Made by a program: the position numbers and the translations under genes. A model generated the notes under the pieces. That model worked only from the letters and a program-made list of their open reading frames with translations. It was not told where the DNA came from and did not search any database. A stretch of DNA of 64,000 nucleotides from Geosiphon pyriformis uo1 (taxonomy: Eukaryota > Fungi > Glomeromycota), in the NCBI GenBank assembly GCA_016748015.1, contig JAAOMT010000429.1, positions 1 to 64,000 of the forward strand, in the 5' to 3' direction. Of the stretch, positions 14,111 through 27,934 are shown piece after piece. Position 1 is the stretch's first letter. Each line of letters begins with the position of its first letter.

Positions 14111-15282
14111 GAATCTTTTTTGATTGTATGTTTTTAAATAATAATTGGGCTGTACTCATAAAACTTAATAAAAATAAATAAATAATAATAATTAATCTTA
14201 AAATAAACTATAATATAAATAATTTATTTAATAGTAAAATAAAATATCAATAATAAAGATTTTTATATTTTTTGCTAAAATAATAGTTTTATAAAAGCTT
14301 TAAGCTTTAAATATCAAGTTTAATGCAAATATAACTGTTAAATAGATAAGTGGTTTGGTTTTAAATAACAATAGTTTAGTTTGCATCATGTAAAAGATAA
14401 TTAATTTTAATTAATAATATTATTATAAATAAATTTCATCAAGTTTAATTATTTTTTTAGAAAAATATTTTGCATAATTAAAAGTATTTTCATTTTTTAA
14501 TATTTGTGAAATATTGTTTGTTAGTTTTGATACTTTTATTATTAAAGATCACATTTTCAAAAAAAATGAAAGATTACTAGTAAGCATGACATAAATTGTG
14601 GCTAATTGTATCTATATGATTTGAAATTGCAATCATGTGACAATTAGGTTGCAAATTATTATTTCTACCGCTTGTTTGTTTTAAGTTCTAATTTGATATT
14701 ATCAAAAGTTGAAAATCGAGAAAAGCGCTGTTTTTGTCATATAATATTAAAAAGTTAGCTCAGGAAAAAAGAAAATTTTTTTTCACGATTATTAACCATA
14801 TCACACAGGGCGTGGGAATGAATAATTATCTAGAATTCCTAATGACTCATTTCACTGAAGTTAGGCATTCAGAAAATTGCTCAACAATGGTCTAAACCTG
14901 CTAAGCTTTCCCACGATTTCCAATATAAATTAACAGCTGTATCACCAACATACCACATATTTTGATGATCGCATGAGCACAATTAACCAATGGGACTATT
15001 ATCTAACCATTATAAGTGGAAACCCCAATCAGTAAGTTCCCTGGCAACTCGTTTCTCAGGTCTCAAGAAGAACCGAGCTTTGCGATTTCTGCAACCCTGT
15101 CAAAAGAATCTTATCTGAGTGTTTGGAACCAGTAACACATTGTCTCGCCGTGCAAACTTGCCAATCAGTTTGTTCATTAGTCTCCATTTCAACCAGAAAC
15201 TTTGAGAACGTCCGAACCTTCAAGCATTCCGAACAGATCCTTAATACAACAAAGATACGTTGAAGCAAACTTTGTTCTCAAG

Positions 15283-17597
<2,315 letters not shown>

Positions 17598-18337
17598 TCT
17601 CTCTTATTTTGATCATATGGGAAAAATGCACGCTCTCAAAAATGGAAAAGGCAGCAACTCGTGAAGATCGGAGAAATGAGAGTTAATTCCCTTGGTGGTA
17701 TTACGCATCGAACTTTAATAACTTTTAAAATAACGCAGCGCTATAATGGTTTGGAAGAATGGATTTTCTCCTACAAAATCTTAATATATATTTATTATAT
17801 GCACATATGCAATTATATATGGTATCAGAATATATTAGGTAATCTGTCTAATTGGAAAAATAACACGCTCGGAAACAAATTCACCACATTACTAACCATT
17901 TTAGTGCCATACGTAGCATATATGTTGGTAATTTCCTTTTTTGAAAAACTTAGTCACAACGTATAACTTTTAAACTTTTTAAAAATAAAGAAATGCCTAT
18001 TTTTGATTTATGTTTTTCAACACCATATGATACCTTTTTTCTGCACATGAATAAGAATGGAAAAAAAAGAGAATGATAGTATAATTGAGCATGTTGATCA
18101 CGACAATAAAATAATAATAATAATCAAAGCTTCAGGGCACTTTGAAAGTTGAAGCTTTTGTGTGTATGGAGGAGACTAGGATTTGGAGAGTTTTGGAATT
18201 TCTTTGTTTAATAACTGGGATGGTTTTTATTTTCTGCTGGTAATGGTTTAGGCAGGAAATGATAAAAAAATCGGGAGGTGAGACAAAGCACAAGGGAAGA
18301 AAGGATAGAGTTCAACGTTTTGGAACACAACACACAA

Positions 18338-18345
18338 ACGCGAAA
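18338..18345 (+). promoter_or_regulatory. ACGCGAAA, candidate E2F/SCB-MCB-type element upstream of the DP gene
   Basis: Matches SCB CRCGAAA and the E2F core TTTCGCG on the other strand, about 845 nt upstream of the DP ATG. A short motif, so chance occurrence is possible. Confidence 0.25.
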
Positions 18346-19188
18346 CATAAGGTGACCACAGAAATTTAGAAATCATAATTCTTTATTTAGAAATATGAAT
18401 GTTTGAAATAAATCCAAAAAAATTGCTTTGGTAGAGTTCTCTTTTAATAGGCGGCTGAAGCCTTTGAAGGTCGGAACGAGCAAGTCTAATCTTTGAACTG
18501 TCTTCGTGACCCAAATTTCATGAATTGGAAAAACTAAGAATCAAAGATCTTGATTTTCTTCAAAAATAAAAATCATATCAGTTTTAATATTTTTAATAGT
18601 CTTTAATAATTAAATAAAAAACTGATTTATAATTTTTCATGTTAAAAATGGCTTATACTTCATAAATTGCTTATCATAATTATGAATCAAAAAAAATTAA
18701 TTCCTGATAAAGGAAAATCAGAGTTGGAACTACATCAAATATAGTCTGAAAGGGTCAATAGCTTTTAAACACAGATGGGATAAATATTCATTATCACCAT
18801 AAATCCCCGGCAAATATCTTGTCGCTTATTCTTTGTTTCTTTCACCCGTCTTTTAAAAAACATTTATATATAATTTATATAAGTCATAAAAAAATAAATA
18901 GTTGTCTGGGTAGAGCTCATGGCCTCTTGCAACGTACAGCCTTTCTCAACAAGCCTTATAAATACTAATCAGTAGTCGCCTTATCGTTATAGAAACAGTC
19001 GCCACCTTGATAGAACTCTTTTTCTTAAAAAAACAAACAAAAAGAAAGTGTACATATAATTTTTATATAAACCAGAAAGATTTCTAGACGATAAACTTTT
19101 GTTACGCACTCTCAGTGGCTTCTTTAAAATAATTGTGCCTATTATCAACATAATCCCAACGAATATTACTCCCCTACGCCTTTAAAAA

Positions 19189-21403
19189 ATGGCTCGAATT
19201 CCTGCTACTTTACTAAATACACATGTTGCAACTCCCCACTTTCTTTCCAACTTTTCGAGTTTTCGCCCCCAGGAAGTTTCAATGGACGAAAAAAACCGTG
19301 AGAGCAGTGACTCCAATAGACGCATAATTCTTCCTAGCCTCAAGGAACTAAACATTACACTTGGCACGTATACTCATTTTGGTCAACCAGAAAATAATAA
19401 GTTGCCACCAATCAGTGGCAAAACAAATATTGAAGAGTCTGGATCGTTCCCGTCGTTTTTTCCGCATCCTTACAATCCTCAAAAAGTCGATGATTATCAC
19501 CATCGTCCGCCAGCGTATTTTCCCACCATAAGATCGCCAACTATTCCATCTGTATCAACAGGTTGTTCGGTCATTTCGAGTCTTCAAGAGAATAATCCCA
19601 AAGTCCCAACAATATCCAAAATTCGTTATCCCAAAAAACTTAAGATTGACCCAAATACTGCTCAGAATGAATATGACTCTGAGAAAGCTTACGAAAACGA
19701 CGATGAAGAAAGTTGGAATGAACGAGATAGGTGAGGTTTACTACTATTAAATATAAAATAAAGTTTAGCAAGTAATCGATTCTTGCAAAATCAAGACTTG
19801 ATCAATATTTTTTCCGGACTCGTGTATTTTTTAACTTATCAAATAATTATATAACCTAAATTAATTCCACCAGCCGAGAAAACTCCCCAAATTACTGTTC
19901 AACATCTTCTCCGATTACGACTAATGGGACTGGTAGCGATACTGGAAGTATGTTAGGTGAAATAACAAAACAAAATGTTATAAGAAAACCTAAAGGCCTT
20001 AGGCATGTTAGCAAAAAAGTATGCGAAATAGTAGAGCAGAAAAAGGCAACAACTTATGACGAGGTGAGTTTGGGATTTTGGGAGTAGATCTTGGTTTTCT
20101 TTATAAGTATAATTTTTTAGGTCGATCTCTATCTAAAGACGCATGTCTTCAGGATTATGCACGCAAATGCACCGATTATATCTTTATGATACACGTTCAT
20201 TGCAAACGGAATATTACATAAGCTTTTTGATTTTTTATTGATGCGAAATAAATTAACCTTTCATTTCTTTATTTATGTATCATATTGAATAAAATTTAAG
20301 GTTGCTGAAGAACTTCAAGCAGAAGAATATGCCGCACAAATGCAAGATAATGGTGCTGTGAGTATTCTTTTTAATCTGATTTCTAGTCATTATTATGTCA
20401 TTATTTAGTTACAACTGAAGCTATAATATCTGAACTAATATCTTAATTTAAAATATAGCGAGATGTTGATAAGAATTTGCGCCGCCGAGTATACGATGCT
20501 CTAAATGTACAAGCAGCGGTGGGGATTATAGATAAAGGCAAGAAAGGTATTACATGGATAGGATTACCTGGCGATCTGCAAAATGGCGTAAGCTCTTCAT
20601 CATCTACGGTGAATAGTGCCGAAAGTGATAGGCGTAAGGCGGCTGCATTGGAAGAATATAAGGAGCTACAGGTAAATTTGCTATTTCGGACTTGCATTGA
20701 CGGGAAACTATCGGAGGATCAAAATGTATTTGACAGTAGTATTTACCAAGAATATATTTGTGTATGGTTACAGCGCGAACATTCCGTTTTAACTACACTA
20801 AGAGACGAGAGCAAAAAAAAACTTCAAACAAAAACTGCGGAGGTAAGCTCAAAAAAACTATAATCATAATTGTGTGGATATTTTGGGATTGAATGTAATC
20901 TAAGGCTTGTTTGTATTAAACAATTTAATAGTGTCTTTTACGTCAAAACCTTGTTAACCGAAATGCTCATAGATGTGAGACACAGATAAATACAAAATGT
21001 AAAAACGATAGGGAAATATTCCTTCCGTTTGTATTACTTCAGTGTCAGCGAGGAAACACGGTTGAAATTCAACCTTCTCAAACTTGGTAAGTCGCAAGTC
21101 AATTCTAATAAAAAAAGTTGTATCAAATTATAGATTTTATTTAATCGTTTCTATTATATAAATAGTATCTCTTTTCATCCAAATCCTCCCAGCGTGATAA
21201 GTGATACTAGCGTTTTGCAGAAACTAGATATAGATAAAATTACGCGCAGAACTGACGACGAAGGAAGTTATCGAAATCGTGGCGGAAATTGTGGCACGAT
21301 CGATAACCAAAAGAATGTGAGTCTGCATAACAGATGGGAAAACTACGTACCAAGTTTCGGCAGTAATGGAAATGGATTCCTTCCCACGGAGGTAGAAAAA
21401 TAA
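19189..21403 (+). CDS. DP: DP-family transcription factor (E2F dimerisation partner), 487 aa, 7 exons
   Basis: Exons 19189-19730, 19874-20063, 20301-20357, 20459-20671, 20774-20842, 20932-21086, 21166-21403, all GT-AG, 1464 nt in frame. Winged-helix [32 protein letters not shown]...[14 protein letters not shown]...ITWIGLP (DP-type RRVYDALNV). Followed by a coiled coil, [15 protein letters not shown] and [10 protein letters not shown], matching the DP C-terminal domain layout. Confidence 0.92.
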
Positions 21404-24288
21404 GTTTCTAACATCGAAGAATGTTCATAGTAAGATGCTGAGAACTCGGTGAAAGTTGGGGCCGTTAAAAATAGAAGCGATATTGGTAGGTTTTTATAAT
21501 TTATATTGCACAGCTTCTCATGTCGTTGTATAAATTGAAACCTTGTTTCAGTACAAGTTAATTAATCATGTTAAGTTTTCTATTGTTCACTTTATCGGAT
21601 TATACATCGTAGGTTACATTGAACAGGCTTGATCGACACTTCATTATTGAAGGCGTATACGCATACACTCTTTTCTGGTTCTAGATACCCGCCAATTTCG
21701 CGTCCTTTTTACCCTATATTCCCACCAAACCACTCCTATCACCGGCATGTTCCCAAACAATTATGATAGTATCGTGACACACACATACACGGCTTCCCGC
21801 CCTTTTTTGTGCATAACTGCACTTAAAAAACCCAAAAAACATTCAGTACTTCCTTTTCTGTTCCTGTTTTTGTGTTTTGTTTCACTTTGCAACTCCCTTA
21901 AACAATCAAGCCATATATGTCTATTGATATCGTATTTTGTTCAATTCAATACCTTATATTGTTCATCCTGTTCGTGTAAAGCTGATAATACTCGAAACAA
22001 TTATTCTTTTCACGTTGTGTTGAACATTTTTCATTTCGTGTACATATATTATACAAGTATATTGAAAATAACAATTATTTGCCCTTACTTGAATTTTTAT
22101 GGTAAATACCTTTCTTTTAAAAAATTTTCTATTATGTAATTTTCTGTACTTTTCTGTACTTTTTTGATTTATTCTTTCCTTATGCACAATTATACATTGT
22201 TCTGTTCTTTTGTATTATATTCTTTTCACTCTGTCTCTAACTCTCATATACACAAACAAGGACTTTTGAATTATTATATTGTAAAGCAAAAATTTGTTTT
22301 TTTAGGGATATCAAGGTTTTTCATATTTATGAAGATAAATGTTGGCAATTTTTGTATTCATTGGTATTAATTAAAAAATTGATTTTACAAAATTTCATAT
22401 ACGAGTCTTTTATTATATGTAATAGCTATTTTTCTAAACTTTTAATTCGAAACGTTATCTCTTTATTATTGTCTAAAGATAAAAGAAAGTGAGTTACTTG
22501 ACACCGAAGCTTTTCGGGCGGATTTGGAGAATAGACCATTGGGAATAGCAGACAAAAAAATTTTACAGATTGCAAAAATATCCAACTTACAGCCATCAGT
22601 GAAAATTAAAAGGGAAACAAACAATTGTAGCATAATGTTTTGGTTACTTGAGATGTTCTACTGGGACTTGTGCCAAAAAGCTGTGAGGTCGCTCAAAGAT
22701 GACTGATTTAGATAATACAGGGAGTGAAACAAAACTATAGAATCATCCTTCACCATGCATTATTCAAAAATATGCAAGGAGAAAAGGGCTCTTGAGATTA
22801 TCCATAGAAACCTCTACGAAAATAACTGATAAATTTTCAAATGGTTTAAAAAATGTCACACAGATTAAACAAACGTTTGCTATATTTGGTATACCGCCAA
22901 ATTGTAAAAATGGCGGGCTTTTTTTTGTTTAACGTATGATGCATCAGCAGGTAGAAATATTGAATTTGTTGATCTGCTGTTCGTGATAGAAGTTGTAGGT
23001 AGAAGTTTATGTTGGGCGCGTCTTCTGGAACAATGATCTCCCAGACTGTTTGAGCATGTACTTTCTATCAATAGAGTTATAAAATTATTAATGTTCTACG
23101 TTAAGTTCCTTGCTCTGTTATAAGCTTGCTTATATTCGGTCGAAATCGATATTTATTATAATATTGAGAATACGGAACAAGAAACTAACCCCCAAAGGAA
23201 AGGGGCGGGTTTCTCCGGTTTAAGTTTGATCAAGTGCTATTAATTTAATGCTGGCTGTTGACAGATGCCGAAGACCCTGCTTCTGCATTCTGTTGATTAC
23301 CAATCTACAAAAAAGATCTGAAAAATGGAAAAGTTCTCTGTTTATAAGATAGAATGGGAATAAAGACTATTAATGGTATCGACATATTATCTAACCAAAA
23401 TTTTGTCATACACATGGAACAATGGGGAATGAATCGATGATGGTAGCAGAAAATACTTTGTGAGTAAACAATCTATGTGAATGTGTGAAATGTGACAAGT
23501 GAAGATTGTTACCGGTTTTTAAAGTTTCTTTTTGGGTGTGCTGGTTAGTTTCAAATTACGTATAAGGAATAAATCATACAAATTTTCATATGATAAAGAA
23601 AACCCCCAGTTAATGATATGTCTGTCACCCATTTGAGAGTTGACAAAGCAGGTATAATGAAGAACTTAGCAGAGGTGACAATTAAAATCACATTGTTGAG
23701 AAAATGACGGAAGAATCCAGATCCTCATTTTGCTTTTACTTCTGTATCTATGTTATGTGAATGGGGTTGACACTTTTCGTTCAGCGACTCATCTATATAA
23801 GAGTGATTGTTCTACTTCTGATTTCTGAGAAAATTGAAGGTTGATATTTGTTATCTTAAAAGAGTAGAGCTCAAGTTATTGGAAATAAAATGAAACTTAT
23901 CAAAGCATGGAAATGTTAATATGAGCTTTGGCACATTTTTTACCATATTGTGATGTTCTTTGTTGAGGTCAAATTATAATACGAAGTAGCGAGTAATTGA
24001 AAATTCTAAATATTCCAAATTGATAATATATAATTGAATTCAGGAATAATCTTAAAGGGTCGAATTAAACAAACAAGTGTTGAGGATTTGAAAGTGATAA
24101 TAAATATATCAAGAAATAAGTATTATTCCATTTTTAACTTCTAATTTAGATTTCTTAAACAAAAAGGAATTATAGTTATATGACAATTAAACATAACATT
24201 TATTAAAATAATATTTTTAATTGAAATTAATTGAAATTTTAAATAATATTAATTGAAATAATCAAATTGTTAAGTAACAGATTGAATT

Positions 24289-24289
<1 letters not shown>

Positions 24290-24328
<39 letters not shown>
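24290..24328. repeat. inverted microsatellite (AAT)6(ATT)7
   Basis: Read directly; forms a perfect 36-bp palindrome at the tail of the adjacent short element. Confidence 0.85.
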
Positions 24329-24445
24329 TTTTATTTTTTATTCACAATACAACAATAAATATTCTAAAGTAGACGTGACTCATGCACTTTCTACACGTGA
24401 CCAGCCACTCGGGCCAGCCAAGGCTACACCAGCGTCTATGACGAT
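24308..24445 (-). mobile_element. short SINE-like or extremely 5'-truncated LINE insertion: intact 3' motif plus A/AAT tail
   Basis: GC- and CpG-rich 75-nt core (24369-24443) homologous to the motifs at 2633, 14041 and 26044. On the minus strand it is followed by AATAAAAAATAAAAAAT(AAT)n. No coding sequence upstream. Confidence 0.7.
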
Positions 24446-24999
24446 TTTTATTAAATATATAAGTAATAAGTTTTAATATTATAAAAAATTGTTTTAAAAA
24501 ATAATTTTAATTAAATAATTAATCTATTTTTCATTTTAGTTTATTTATTTATTTTTTAATTATAAAAATATTATTATTTTATAACACATTTAAAATTAAA
24601 TTGATTAAATAATATTTATTTTTTATTTAGAATTCACAAATATAATCAATAATACTGTAATTAATTGTAATTATTTTTATTAAAATTACACTTTTGTTTT
24701 AAGTTATAACTGATTAAAGTTAAAGATTTAAATTTAAATATAAATAAAAAATAACAAAACAATTTTAAAAATATTTTGTAAATTAATAGTTATATATAAA
24801 ATATATTAAACAATATAAATTTAAATAATATTTTGTTTATTTAAAAAAATTTATATTAAAAAGTTTGTTTAATTATTTAAATCAAAAATTTTTATACTAT
24901 TTAAAAAAATATAATATAAAAAACAAAAACTTTTTTTATTTATTTTAAAAAAAAAAGTTTTTGTTTTTACTTATCTATATATATATATAATATTTTATT

Positions 25000-25900
25000 T
25001 TTTAATCTTTTTGTTTAAAATTTAATAGTTGTTATAGCTTTGTTTTAAATAGAGTTAATAAGAAAAATACTAATTTAATTCCAAAAATATTATAAACAAT
25101 GAAATAAAAAAACTAAAAAAAACTAAAAATTTCGGCATTAATAATAATATAATTTTAAATAAGTTTATAATATTAATAATAAGTATAGTATTGTAAATAT
25201 TAAAAATATAAATAATAAATATATTAATAGTTTTAAAACAAAAGTACTTAAAACAAATTTGATTAAAAATATAATAATAGTTTTTTTTAATATGCCAAAT
25301 TATAATGTTTTTAATATTATTATTAAAAAATAACTGTAAAATTATTTTTTTGTTATTAAAGCAAACATTTTTGCTAATTTTTTTATTATTATTTAATAAA
25401 AAACTTTTTTTTGTAAATAGTTTTTTGTATTAAATATTAATTTATTGGCTGTAAAAATTTTTTTTTTACAGAAAAGTTGTAAGTATTAAAAGATTGTTTT
25501 TATTAATAGTTGATTTTAAAAAAGTATTAAATTAATATTTATTTTTAAATCAAGTTTAATTATAAAAAATTTTTTAATTCTACAGTGGTTTGATTCTAAA
25601 TATTAATTTTAAACATGTAAATACTTATTTATATTAAAAAATTTATATTAAAATTTTAAAAAAAACTATAATAATTGTGTTTTCTGTTTTTAATAAAATT
25701 ATATTAATTAAATTGTAATTAATTGGTTTTTGGCAAAAAATTATATTAAAATTTGCTAAATTAAATTAAGTATATTATATTATTATAATTTGTTTTAATT
25801 CAAAAAAATTATATATATTATTAAAAATAATATAAACAAAAATTTTTAAATTAAAAAAATATATATTATATATTATTAAATATTTTATTAATAAACAAAA
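25000..25900 (+). mobile_element. extremely AT-eroded LINE ORF1 remnant
   Basis: Residual translations LNINLLAVK (about 25430) and FNKIILIKL*LIGFWQKIILKFAKLN (about 25690-25765) match the ORF1 segment QLVKMWQKAVVKF of the 2790-8850 LINE. Boundaries are approximate. Confidence 0.6.
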
Positions 25901-25959
25901 AAACTTAAATTTTGAGAATATTTTGAATTTAATAAAAAAATTTTAATTTTTTTTATTTT

Positions 25960-26341
25960 GTTTCTTGTATTTTTTTATTATTATTATTATATATTTAATA
26001 AATATAGTTTAATCACTTTAGAAAATAAAAACAAATTAAAAGTTTTAAAACTAAATACAATTCATATATTTTCTATATATAATTAGTTATTTAAACTAAT
26101 TTAGACTATACTATATTAATATTCCAAAAAAAACTTATTTAAAGAAATATTTTTTATATAATCTTAAACAATATAATACTATTACTAATTAATTTAACCA
26201 GCCACTTGGCCATTTTTAAAGCATTAGTTTTAATACTAATAGATTTATGTTTTTATAGTAATATTAAGTTAGAAAACATGTTATTATTAACTGCAAACAA
26301 ACTTATATAAAAGCCAAACATATTAATGTTTTTATAGCTAT
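25960..26341 (-). mobile_element. 3' part of a second ORF1-only element (continues at 50393)
   Basis: Reverse complement is colinear with 2405-2700 (KMAKWLV vs KTAKWLV), includes 3' motif copy 26044-26113 and ends in a tail at about 25970. Confidence 0.8.
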
Positions 26342-27309
26342 TGTTACCAAAAGTTTTTGGTCTTTTTTCTTAATTGTTGTAATATCAGTTTACTGTTAAT
26401 TCATGATTATTAGAAATAAGTAAATTTCTAATAACTAAATTTATCTTTAAATTATTTCTTATAATTTAAACTGCTGAATTTATAAGTAGAATGACCAATT
26501 CCATACCAGTTACTTTGTAGTAAAAGTTAATTTTTTTCCAGAAATTACTAGTCTAGAAGCTTACTAAAAATATGCAATTATTTTGCTGTAAAAGTTAACT
26601 TTTTTATAGAAATCTTGTCTGTAGACTACCCTAATAATTATAATAAAAAATAAAAATAAAAATAAAAAAAAAGTAAAAGAAATAAAATTTAATTTAAGGG
26701 AATTATTTTTGGTTTAGGCTTAAAAAAACTAATAGTTTACTGAAATTAGTAGCTAATTAATTTCAAAATATTAGTTGAATTTCAAAAAATTTTAAGTGTA
26801 AATAATTTAAGAAATTTGGACTTTCAAAGTATTTAATTTTTATTCATTTTTTTTGTAAAGATATATAAAAGTCAATTAATTTTAATTAAGATAATTCTTA
26901 GTAAGATATATTTTTTTGAAGAGAAAAGCTTTTTTTTATACAACTTGTTATAATACTAGTTTGTAAACTTGAATTTTTTTTTGTTATAATTTTGATAAAC
27001 TAAAAATACATTTTGACAAACCACAAGTTATTTTATTAAGCTATTAACTATTTTAGTAAATTATTTATTATTTTTACAAATTTTTACAAATTTTGGCAAA
27101 TTTTTGAATGTTATATGATTTGATATATTGTGTAATTTAATCATCCTAATTTTTATTGTACAAATTGAATTATTAATTAAATAACAATCTTTGATAATTT
27201 TTGATTAAATAATAAGTAATAATTTGAATAATAATAATATATATTAATTAATAATAAGAATTATAAGATAATTTCATGTTAATTAATGCCTAAAATTTCA
27301 TTGATAACA
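26342..27309 (-). repeat. 3' LTR of Gypsy A
   Basis: TGTTACC...GATAACA; homologous to 49443-50392 and 37821-38787. Confidence 0.9.
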
Positions 27310-27343
27310 TAATTTCTTTCTCAAAACTAAGCTCTGTTGAAAT

Positions 27344-27934
27344 CTAAACACTCTCTATAATATTAAGATAGTGATCCAAAATAATTGAAATAATTTGGTC
27401 TAAAAATTGTTAAAATTTTTATTTTGTAAGTTTGCTAATATATTAAATCTTTATTAATTAAAATATTGGATTTTGTAAGACGTTTTCACAAGTATTGAAT
27501 AAGTTATAGAGTCTAAGAGCTATTTTAAGTTTGCAATAAATGTTTGTTAATTCAGCTGTTGTCTTAAATTTATTGTAAATTTGTTTTTGTATTGTTTTAG
27601 AAATAAGATTGGTTGTTTTAAGATAAAAATATCTAAAAATAGAAGTATATTTATGGTTTTGTTTACTACTCTATAGTTAAAACTTTTGTTGAATTATAAT
27701 ATTTGGTAAAATATCAATAGAGACAAATAAAAATTTTTTTTTTAAAGCTTGTTTCAAAAGTTCTGACAATTAAATTCCAAAAAACTTCTTATGTTTCTTC
27801 TATAAAAATAATAATTCTGAGAATTATTTACTACTGGCATTGTAGTTTTTTTTTGGATGTAATTAATTTGACTTTTATTAATTTATAAATAAATTAAGAA
27901 GTGTTTTTAACACTATCATTAATTTTTGAGACAT
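27344..27934 (-). pseudogene. ORF3 remnant of Gypsy A (unknown function)
   Basis: Lies between integrase and PPT. The C-terminal part KIALRLYNLFNTCENVLQNPIF*LIKI*YISKLTK*KF*QFLDQIISIIL resembles ORF3 of the B elements. Start is approximate. Confidence 0.55.

Larger units (their letters stand above)
9486..14200 (+). mobile_element. LINE ORF2 remnant (RT-RNase H-3' end), 5' part absent, interrupted by a solo LTR
   Basis: Decayed RT (about 9900-10900) homologous to the minus-strand LINE. The RNase H is split at 11828/12831 (AAYFLDI|NISVKI...TLVKLQTI...TNSQ). It ends with the 3' motif (14041-14110) and an A/AAT-rich tail (about 14165-14195). Confidence 0.85.

Noticed and set aside
17661-17966. 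101-aa ORF downstream of PFK2
   Set aside because: GTG start, AT-rich 3' UTR composition and no recognisable motif.
21747-22370. Overlapping 68-130-aa ORFs downstream of DP
   Set aside because: F/L/I/Y-rich translations typical of T-rich non-coding DNA; no domain or splice support.
24365-24445. tRNA gene
   Set aside because: Has an A-box-like string, but no TTCRA B-box/T-loop and no canonical anticodon arm.
24267-24476. 69-aa ORF with a hydrophobic N-terminus (signal-peptide-like)
   Set aside because: The poly-I/poly-L comes from the AAT/ATT microsatellite and the rest is the antisense of a repeat 3' motif.
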